A stretch of DNA of 41,206 nt from positions 1-41,206 of the forward strand of contig JAUCBJ010005389.1 in NCBI GenBank assembly GCA_032718475.1. Reading direction: 5' to 3'. A program made the position numbers and the translations under genes. Below, piece by piece: positions 1 through 10,533 of this stretch. Source of the stretch: Nemertoderma westbladi. Lineage: Eukaryota > Animalia > Xenacoelomorpha. Position 1 is the first letter of the stretch. Every line of letters begins with the position of its first letter. The notes beneath the pieces are model-generated. The model was not told where the DNA came from. It ran no database searches and saw only the letters and a list, made by a program, of their open reading frames with translations.

Positions 1-2
1 GT

Positions 3-1840
3 GTAGATTTAAGTAATCCTGAGCCTACAGACCAAATTATTAGAGTAGAAAGACTCCCTACTATAGTAGATGAGCCTGAAATAATTAGGCCTGTTCTCGA
101 AGCCACCCCCTCTGTGATAGAGACCCCTGTACTTCCAGAACTTAACTCTAAATTCCCTTTGCACAGTACTAAACTACCTGTGCCCAGTAGAACAGCCCCT
201 GAATCAATCCCGGTCCTGGACGCCGAGCAAGACATCAACAAATTGTCGCCCGTCTTCCCTCGTCTACCCGCTACTATGTTGGCGGCTCCCGCTTCGGCGG
301 TAGAGTGGGTGGATGAGGGACAGCGGGGGACGGATCTCCTGCTCGGGCAGCTGGAGGAACATCGTATACGTTCCTCCCAACAGGTCCGAGAGTTGGAAGG
401 GACTGTTCAGCAGTTAAAGGGAACAGTAAGAGAGAGTAGGTTAGAATTGCAAAAAGTGCAGCAGAGTATCGCGTTAGAACGCGATAAATTAGTATATATA
501 CAAAGGGGTATACCACCACCTGTAACAATGTGTCAACCTGTTAGGTCTGAAGTATTTCATGCGCAAGGTGTGGAGCCTACACGCATCTATACTGCTAGTG
601 ATGTAGAAACTCCTATAGTAGCCCCTATTAAGGGTAATTATAAACCTGTTGATAATGATATTCCATAGACCTGATCATAATCCGAGAAATTTATATACCG
701 ATAACTCGATATTAAATAATATGATGGCCCAAGAAAGTTTTATGCGTGAAATGGCTAGAACCGAAGCCCGTCAAGCGGTAAAGGTGGGAGAGATCGTCAA
801 GTTCAATGGAGATGAGATGAAATGGTTACCTTTTAATGAGTATTATAAAGATAACATACAGAACTCGGTACTATCTAACGGAGAGAAACTTAGATTCCTC
901 ATCGAGTGCTTGGAAGGACCTCCCAAGTTAATGGCGTTAAAGTTTATTGGACATCCAGGTGGATTAAGACAAGTTTGGGATACACTAAACATCAGGTATG
1001 GTAATAGGACTAACATAGCTAGGTATTTGTATGCGAAATTAGTAGCGCCCCGAAAGTTCCTTAGCAGCGGGATTATAGAGTTTTCCGATGAGATTCAGGA
1101 GATCTGTAGACAACTAGATTGGTTAGGTAAGTCTCATGAATATCAGAGTTCCATGGTTGTTGGAGCCGTAGCATCTACTTTGCCAAAGGGTGGAGTAGGT
1201 ACTCGTTGGGACAAAAGAGTTCTCTATATGATGGACCAGCAACAAAGAGACCCTACCATGGCTGATCTCATGTCATTCTTAAATGGAGAGGTAAGATTAC
1301 AGCTCCTAAAGCAGTCCTGAGAGAAGATGCCGGAAAATAACGTGAGTGAAAAACCCGTTTCTAGGAGAAAGGTAACACCAGTGTGTTATACAGACGACGG
1401 CGAAAGCCAGACCTCCCACAAGGAGAACATCGGGAAAGACACCGAAAGATCTGATTATGTCAACAAAACACGTAAATAAATAAAGTAAGTAAATCTAAGT
1501 CTCGAACCAGTGACAGGAGAGAACAGGTAACAACAACTCCTCCCATGTCTCCTAAGAGAATTCATGGAAGGAAGCCCGAGGAAAGAACAAGTGTGCACAA
1601 CACAACCCAGGTTAAAGTAAGTAACATCAAACCCAAATACGCATTGTGCGACGGGCCCCATCGCTTGAGTGGATGTGATGAATTCTTGAAGAAATCCCTA
1701 AAGGATAGACGTGATGTCATGTGGGATAAGCGGTTATGTTATAATTGTCTCAGACAAGGACACCAACGGCGGACCTGTTACTCAGACACAAGGTGCGCTA
1801 AGTGCGGCGCAAAACATCATATCTTGCTGCACACAGAATT
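3..1840 (+). pseudogene. BEL/Pao gag, frameshifted
   Basis: Frame is open from position 3 to 668, then shifts to 649-1320 with a Pao-gag (DUF1759-like) core (KFNGDEMKWLPF...LSNGEKLRFLIECLEGPP...LNIRYG). There is a stop at 1318 and another shift. Three Cys/His knuckles follow: (Y)ALCDGPHRLSGC, CYNCLRQGHQRRTC and CAKCGAKHHILLH. Confidence 0.9.
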
Positions 1841-4800
1841 TGATAGAACCTGCATGAGTCCGGTAAGTGAGTCCGAACTACATGTCCAATTCAGTGATGT
1901 GAACGACACTGACCACAGCTCTGAGATGGAAGGATTCTACACGGACGAATTCTCCGATGAAAACGAATCCTGTTATATGATAAACACCGCAGTGTATCAA
2001 GCGCTTACATATGAGACTGAAACCGATAACGAAGCGCAACTGACTATTCCGGACCGACAACCATCTTGGAAAGCGCCAACTTCCAACATCGGAATCCAGG
2101 AATTCCCAGTGGTGCAGCTGAGAGTCCACGGGCTAAGTAAGAGTCTTATAGTAAATGCCCTCCTTGACTCCAGCAGCACAGGTACATTCATCGACAAAGA
2201 ACTAGTCGAAGACATCTTTGCTGGACAACCCAAGTTCCGAACTAAGTTGAACCTTTCAGGAATTATGCAGGTTTGGAAATCCACAGTAGCTAGAGATTAC
2301 TATGTAGGCGCGTTGTCCACTCCCCAGGATGAACTAGGAGAACATAGCATAAGGTCAGTAAAAATGGTGGCGATAAAGAACTTTGCTACCAGCCAAGTGG
2401 AACCTTACAACTGGGATGAAGACCATTTTACCCAGCAGCATGATATCCCTAGATTCAACACCGACTACCCAGGGGTACAGATACTGATCGGCCAAAATGC
2501 GCACGAGGCGCTAGAGACATTGGAGAAACGACCTGCTCGACCACAACCATTGCAAACATACGCGGGAAGAACGAGAGTAGGTTGGTACTTCACTGGACCT
2601 TCCCGTAGAACACTGATGGAAAGACTCCCTCAAGAAAGGATACATCAGGTGAGTGAATGGGAAGAAGAAATCAGTGAGGGAGAAACCACAACTGAGGGAA
2701 TACCATACTCCTCAGATAATGACGATATTAACCAATTATTCGACGAGGAAAATACAATCGACCTCCTCACCGAAAATGAAACTTGGCGAAACCAAGTAAA
2801 CCTGTGCCATCTCATCAATCATGGCGGACAATTCAACTACAATGACGAATTAAACGAGGTGATAGATCGATACAACAATAAGATTCGCGGCGAACACGCC
2901 ATATGATTCTTTACTCAAGAAGCAGTAGAGCCTAATTCCTACGACAAGGCCCTGTCCGTCGAGGAAGAGAGAGCCAAGCAGATTCAGGAAACGACTACCC
3001 GTTTTCTTAAAGATCAAGGTCGCTATGAGATTGGTCTTCCGTTCCGACGGCGAGAACCCAACTTTATAAATAACTGACCATTAGCGGAGAAGAGAATCGC
3101 ACAACTACATCGGCGTCTTACGGCCAATGTCTCAGCCAAGGAAATGTATAAGACCCAGCTGAAGAAATTTATCGATAAGGGATACGCGGAGCGAGTACCG
3201 GAAGAAACACCCATCACAGAGAGAACGTATTATCTAACATATCATTACGTTCCCAAACCCGGTAAACCCAACGAAGTCCGGGTAGTGTTCGACGGCTCCG
3301 CCCTTTACATGGGCCAATCCCTGAATTCCGAATTGTTGCCTGGACCCAACTTACTCCAATCCTTGTTGGGAATACTATTAAGATTACGGCAATATTCTAT
3401 CGCTTTTGCTTCGGATATAGAAGGCATGTTCTTACAAGTCAAGGCGCTGGATAGGGATCGAGACAGCCTACGATTTCTGTTGTGGCCTGAAGGAGACCTC
3501 AGCCAAAAACCGGTGGAGTACTGGATGACCATCCAGGCTTTCGGGATCATCCCGAGCCCCTCGAACGCTTGTTCAGTAGTGCGTACCACTGCTGATGACA
3601 ACCGAGACGCCTTCTCTAAAGCAGTTATCGACAACATCAAACGGGATATATACATGGACGATAATTTAAAGTCCCTCCCAACAGTGGAAGAAGCAATCGA
3701 TGTTGCCAAGGGAATGGTAGAGTGTTTGCGATGCGGTGGATTTAGACTAACCAAATTCACTAGTAACTCCCGTGAGTTTCTGGAATCGATCCCAGTAGAA
3801 GACCGAGGTGTTAAAGATCTGGACCTCATCAAGGATGATCTTCCGGAAACCAAGACGCTTGGTTTGAAATGGGACACAGAGAGAGATATCTTGTTTTTCC
3901 AGTTAAAACAGCGAGATAATCCAGTTAGAACCAAATGGATTTGTCTAAGTATCCTGATCACTTATTTCGATCCATTGGGATTTATTAGCCCAGTTATATT
4001 GGTTGCTCGGAGCTTAGTGCAACAAATGTGGCTTGAAAACCACTCGTGGGACGATCCACTTAAGGGAGAACTACTAAAGAAGTGGATGAAATGGGAAGAT
4101 TCTCTACCTTCCTTCGAGAACTTTATGATTTCCTGTTCATATTTTGGTCACATTCTCCCCACGTATTCCTATCAACTCCATGTGTTTGGAGACGCCAGCG
4201 ATATGGGAATAGGTATAGTAGCTTACCTGAGGGTTGAAACTCCGGATGGAATTAAAGTTGCCTTGGTCACCTCTAAGGCCTTGATAAACAACAAGCTACG
4301 AGTTCCTCGAGCGGAGTTAAAGGCGGCTCTAGACGCTACAGCCATCGGCCGGAATGTAACAGAACAGATCGACTATCCACTGGAGAAAACTGTCTATTGG
4401 ACTGATGCTTTACTCGTTTTTGAGTATATAACCAATGAAGTCTGTCAGTTCAGCGTCTTCGTTACCAACAGAGTAGCCATTATACTTAGTCGCTCTAATG
4501 TAGATCAATGGAGACATTGCCCTGGGACGATTAATCCAGCCGACATCGCCTCCAGAGGAGCAACTCCTCAAGAACTGATAGATACTCCAGACTGGTTAGG
4601 TGGACCCGACTTCCTAAGTAAAGAAGAGGATGAATGGCCTCCTCATCTCACCACGGCTGAGATTAGACAAGCCAAGGGAGCGGAGAAAGTCAAACCTAAA
4701 ACCCGGACGAGTAAATCAAAGTTATTTAAACCCGTGATAGATCTGTCTGTACTACACATCTCCGGGGACGACGCTGTGGATCTAAACTCCCCTACCACAA

Positions 4801-6536
4801 ATAAATCTGTTATAGACATCATAGAAAGAGACTGGAAATCTGGAACACCAGACATCTCGCAGGGACTCTAACCTCTCCTGCAGAGAGCGATAAATCACTA
4901 TAGCTCCTGGAATCGGCTTTGTAAGGCCGTCGTGTATTTGAAGCGATGCTTCCATTATCACTACTCCAGGACGAAGATCGCTAGTGATACTGCTCCACTG
5001 ACATCCGAGCAGGTCCATGCTATTAAAGATCTTCCCAAATACAAAGTGTCGGATAGGTTTCTGACGGAGAAGATCAGTTATCAAGAGCATGAAGAAACCA
5101 ATAAGCAGATACTGAGACTCCTGCAATGCTATGAAGATTCCGATAAGTATTTCCTGTTGTTGAGAAATCCACAGATGCGCTTAAGGGATCGTTTCTCTAG
5201 CACAATGATAGATGGGTTAATACGTGTTTGAGGGAGACTAACTAATGCTCCATTGTCCTTTGACACTAAATTTCCCATACTCATTAGAAATCTTGAAATA
5301 CAAATCAAGATGATTGTAGATGTTCACAGTAGGCTTTACCATGCTGGTAGAGAACGAATTCTGAGCGAAATTCGAACTCGCTATTATTTCCATAAACCCC
5401 GTAGAGCTCTGAACCAAGTTCTTAGGAACTGTATACCCTGTAGGAAAGCATTCAGTAGGCCTTTAACACAGCGAGAGGCAGAATTACCTAGGGAACGAGT
5501 AAGCTTCTATGAACCACCCTTTACTAATACCAGTGTGGATTTATTTGGCCCTATTGAAGTATATCGTGCTAGGACTATAGTCAAGCAATGGTGTGTCATC
5601 TTTCTCTGTATGACTTGTAGAGCGATCCATCTAGATATGGTGAACGATCTATCTACCAACAGCTTCATACTGAGTTTACACCGACAGATCGCTCGCTTTG
5701 GAACTAGCAACACGATGAGATATGATAAGGGAACGAACTTCATTGGCGCCAATAATGAGATCAAAGCTTACGTTAAAGATTGGAACCAAAGACAGGTGGA
5801 CGATCAGCTAAGGGTAACAGCATCTAGCTGGACCTTCAACGCCGCCGCCGCCCCTTGGTGTGGAGGAAGTTGGGAGAGATTAATAAGGAGCGTGAAGACC
5901 GCATTTCACTTTATAGTGCCTTGCCGCGCGTATCTCACCGACGAACTTTTGCGGACGTTAATGGAAGAAATCGCCGCCTATCTTAACGAGAGACCGCTTA
6001 TGCCAGTCTCATCGAGTCCCGACTCCCTAGAAGCGCTAACACCCGCGCATTTCCTACTGAAGAAACCTGTAGCCATGCTCCCACAATCGGAAATCATGGA
6101 CGGAGACGAATACTGCCGACAAACTTGGCAACTTATGCAGTTATTATCCCGTCGTTTCGCTGACCATTTCGAAAAACATTATCTTCCTACGCTACAACTT
6201 CAAACCAAGTGGTTTGCGCAGCAAGAAAACGTCAGCACCGGAGACATGGTCCTTATTGTGGAATCAGATCTTCCAAGTAAGCGGTGGCACACAGGTCGTA
6301 TCATCGAGACTCATATATCCGATGATGGTTTAGTGCGATCGGTAGAACTCGTCGTCATGCGACGTAACTTTAAGAAACCTGGAATTGTATTCGAAACACA
6401 ACAACTCAATCGCCCAGTTGGTCGTTTATGTTTACTGGAAAGAGACAGAGAACTATCCGGAAACTATGGAAGGCAAGATACTCTTCCCACAACCACCTCC
6501 CTAATCCAACAAACATCTAGGGACTCCCCAACGTAA
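1841..6536 (+). pseudogene. BEL/Pao pol (aspartic protease, RT, RNase H, integrase) with in-frame stops
   Basis: One reading frame interrupted by four stops (2904, ~3075, 4869, 5229). Protease ALLDSSSTGTFI; RT RVVFDGSA, SDIEGMFLQV, YMDD; RNase H LHVFGDAS, PRAELKAA, YWTDA, NPADIASRG; integrase H..H/CIPC, VDLFGP, YDKGTNF, GGSWERLI; Pao-type C-terminus RPVGRLCLLE. Confidence 0.95.
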
Positions 6537-7086
6537 CAGCGTCTGGAGTGGGTGTGTGACTACATTATTTTATATTTGTTTTTATTATTTTTATATTTAT
6601 GTATGTATTATTATGTAATTTTATTATAATCGTTTTCTTTAATTTTATTTAGTAGAATGTTATTTTAGCGATTATTTAGTAGATTAGTGCAATATATATT
6701 CGTGCTTATTACTTAATTACTTAACATTATATATTTAGTACAACGGCGAGAAATAATTCTTTTTCTCTTTCCTTACTGTCCGTATCATATTATAAATACG
6801 TGACTACGGTAAGATGAAATGTCCGTACTTATTAAAGTACAATAAAACTCCTACTATACTCAAGTATTATTGGTAAGTAGAGTATTAGGAATGCAAAGTT
6901 CAGATCCTCGTGTCTCGGCTAAACCAAGCTCTGGGTAGACCTTGGAAACGACTTGCCTCTTCTCACTGACATTGCTTCTTGCAATATTGCTCTCATACCG
7001 TATATTAAATAAAACATATAGTAGCGTGATGTCCCTTTAACAGTAGCGTAAAACGCCAAATAAATCTGTTAAACACTTTGACCATC

Positions 7087-7458
7087 TTTAATTCTAGTCG
7101 ATTAAGATATCGCGGCACCCACTGATATACTTGAAAGACAAAATCCTAGAATCAGTGGTTAACGTCCCCAGACAAGTTCTGGAATAAATCGGTGCCCATC
7201 TTAAATATTTAATATTTAATATTTATAAAAATCTATTAAAACAAATGTTATAATAGAGTAAATGCAGACAAATAAACTCTAAGGAGTGTGTAAACCAAGA
7301 AAATTTATAAATCCAAATTCAGATCCTTTAAAATTCTAGTCGATTAAGATATCGTAGCACTTACCGATACTCTTAAAAAGACAAATTTCCTAGAATTAAG
7401 GATCCTAGTCCCCAGACATGCTCTGGAATAAAATTGTGTCTATTTTAATATTAAATAA
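7087..7458 (+). repeat. Two diverged ~130-bp direct repeats (7087-7215, 7327-7458), each with predicted hairpins
   Basis: Both copies read aattctagtcgattaagatatcg...gacaaa..cctagaat...gtccccagaca.g.tctggaataaa. Confidence 0.85.
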
Positions 7459-8251
7459 TAAAATTTACGGGAATAAATTTAAATTCATATCCTCTCATGA
7501 ATTTGATAAATTGTCATTTTATACAATTTATAACATTCCCAAAATTCCATTAATTAATAGATCATGGGAGATTCACCCTATTAAATATATTAGTGTGCGA
7601 GAATCTCCAATATATAGTCAATAGCCGATAAAATTCATAAAATCATGTATAAAGGGGAATATTGACAATTAAAGAATTACTATTAAATAGCATCCCAGAT
7701 CTGTATGCATGAGAATTACCCTAATTCTACTGCTATCTTTCCATAATGTCACCATAGCAACAACCACGCTAGAATTAGAAAGCGAGTTAAAAGAACAATA
7801 GAAAGCTTGCTCCATTGAATAGCATACGAAATAAAAACCACACTGCTAGTATCCAGGGATACATAATAATAACGTGGCATTCTGGAAGGCACTTGACTAA
7901 TGGACAAATGGCCCGAATGTGTACAATTTGTGACAGTTGTATGGAATTTGTGCATTTATAGGTGAATGTTACTACTAAAGTGTGTTTACAGTAGCGAGTC
8001 GCAGTTGTGAAAGTTGCCCTACCTCTGTAGCAAGAACCTGAAGTAATTCTAAGCCCTTGGGACGGACAGTGGAGTGACTCGCGCTGGTTATTGTTGTCGT
8101 TGTGTAGCTACTACGTTGGCGAGAGGCACAGCGACGACAGTGCATCAGCGCTGAGGATCTTGCGCTGTCCGGGGGCATTGAGGGGGAGGCAGCGACGACC
8201 GCTAGCCTAAATATAATTTAATTATAATATCGATAAACTTGTATAGCAGCT

Positions 8252-10456
8252 ATGACTGAGTTGATAGAAGATGATCTTGGTATCAGGGAGCGATATACCC
8301 TACCATTGCAAGCGTTTATTGATAGTTTAATACGCGGCGACGCTAGTCAACCCACTACAGAGGACGATGGCCGTTATATCGAACCGCCAATGTAAAAGGA
8401 ACAGCTCAGCGTGAATTGGACTATAGAAAATTCACCGCTCGCTATACGCATCGCAATGGTACATATTTGGACTTCTTAACTACTGGTCATCCTATCGATT
8501 TACACGATACGGACGATGTAGACACCGAAAGGGAAATGATCCTATTTAGATATCATACCCAGCGGAGTCGGAACAATAAACTGAGAATCGAACACGAAAA
8601 TTCTATTCGAAACCAACTCGAAAGAGAAGACGTTGAAGAGCCGGATAAACGCAGTGACTTCAACGAATATCTGGAATTCTTTAGAGAAACATATCTCAAT
8701 ATAGACAGTCAACAAAATCTAGAAACTCGATATCCTCAAAGTATACATCATGACCCTATGATAGAACTCAAACGGCTCTATTTCGCTATGATGTATCTTA
8801 CCGCCGATCGACCGCTACCTGTTGTACCGGATAGCTTCGAACAGATGGAGGAATATTGTAAAACTGGAGAAAGATCACCCGCGTTTCCCCAACAAGACGT
8901 GCGTCTTAGGTATTATTGCGATGAATGCCCTAGACCCAACCAACAAACGGAAAGACATAAACATCCGCGGAGACGTTGCGCTAAACACAGTTTTACTCGC
9001 TATACTTACGGGAGTTTCGAGCGAAACTTGTTCGATATATCACCTACGCTCGCTTGACTCAAACGATCCTTAAATAAACCGATGATCAGAGTTCCGGAAT
9101 ACTTGGTCAGACCTCCTTATTCCCTGGTGAGACCTCAGACTCTTGATCTTAATTGTATCACAGATCCTCCCGAACTGTACTCACTGTTCAAAGATCTAGT
9201 GTTACCCGAACAATTAATCGGTGGCACTCCGGTAGTGGGCTCTCTAGATATTCGCCCATCCTACCTAACCGGATTGGGACGCGGACATTTAATATCACCG
9301 TTCAACCCGTATAATCGTCCTGGTTTAACCCCAATACAACCCGTCACCGAGGTGGAGGAGAGCGTTGTACGAAACGCGTTAGACGCTATTCGGCAAAAGA
9401 TCAGAAAAGGAACTTACGATTGTTTGGAGAAACGTAAATTGCAGCAGCAAGTCCAAGCAGTAAAGGAATTAGCTTTACCTCAGTTCGATCAGGAAATTCA
9501 GAATCTCGAGGAAGACATCGAACTTGGACGAACCTACTCTCTGCAAGAGTTTTTGGACGAACGTTTCCAACGACAAGCGGAGGAAAATCAGCTCGAGGAG
9601 AAGCATATTGAAATGGACGAGAGAGAAGAAGCAGCTTTAGCCCAGCCAGAAGCTCAAATCCTTATGACTGATCTCTATTCCAAAACCATTATTCATCCTT
9701 CAATGGTTCCCCATTTCAGAGACAAACTCTTCTCCACGGTACATCCCCAACCGGTTGATATCAACTTAAGGTCGAGAGATCTTATCGCTGACGCTCGACT
9801 ATGTTACAACGTCCGCCAATCGAGGCCGCTCGTGTCGACGGTATACTCGTTGAACCTCCGGACAATCGAGCGGATCTTGTCCGTCTTATGGTACACGAGG
9901 TCAACCTACGCGCTAGACCTTTACCGAACGCATTTTATGGGATCAAAGATCACCCTTATTATGTCAATTTAACTCAATATTATATGGTGAAACCGGAAGA
10001 TCCTACGCACGGTTTAAAGTTACTACCATTGATAAATCCCGCGGTGACTTGTTCATAAACTCGCACCCAGAACTACAGGAAGTTCATAGACGACCCTATG
10101 AATATAGAACCCGAGAACGCGAGTTAGAAAGAACCATCAAACCGAGGAAATTTCTCACTACTCACGGTCCACCTACCGCTCTCGTGCAAACGACTCGTCA
10201 GGGACCAGTAAGAGCTGCTGTCTTGAAACGCGCTCTAAAGGTTGTTCGAGCTCGTTCCACTGAGGTTGATATCGATCAACCGGGTACCTCGACCGGCGGA
10301 TACACCGACCGTAACCCTAAACCTTCCGATACAAGCGTATTGCACCCCTCACCCAGGAGTTATGGCCCTCCTAGTAAAGTGGCTCGCCCCAAAGAGAAAA
10401 GGACTCTTGCTAGCCTCAAAAAACTTCGTAAACGCCGTTCACGTAAGAAGGACTAA
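8252..10456 (+). pseudogene. Accessory ORF of unknown function (~730 codons), broken by three frameshifts and one stop
   Basis: ATG 8252 (MTELIEDDLGIRERY...) joins 8416-9057 by one shift. TGA 9055 is followed in frame by LKRSLNKP-MIRVPEY (9082-). Overlapping ORFs 9801-10058 and 10049-10456 continue it. Composition is coding-like between AT-rich flanks. Confidence 0.75.
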
Positions 10457-10523
10457 TTGTTTAGAGTATTTATATATTTTAGAAACTGTGATTTTTATAT
10501 TTTATAGAATTAAATCCCATTTT

Positions 10524-10533
10524 CTGGGAGCGG
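10524..10533 (+). promoter_or_regulatory. Putative polypurine tract (ctGGGAGCGG) abutting the LTR start
   Basis: Purine-rich run immediately 5' of TGTAAAAG at 10534, about 70 bp after the accessory ORF stop. Confidence 0.55.

Noticed and set aside
3305-3961. 218-aa antisense ORF and other short antisense or overlapping ORFs within pol, the LINEs and GPD2
   Set aside because: These are shadow frames of real coding sequence with no recognisable motifs.
1318-5231. Programmed readthrough or frameshifting in gag-pol
   Set aside because: Multiple scattered lesions, including a stop within the conserved DGLIRV*GRL motif, indicate mutational decay.
7709-8222. Signal-peptide-like MRITLILLLSFHNVTIA and a later hydrophobic LALVIVVVV in one frame, suggesting an env remnant
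   Set aside because: About ten stops in ~170 codons, near random expectation and far more than in the adjacent pol. Minus-strand ORFs 7749-7955 and 7975-8178 are also unsupported.
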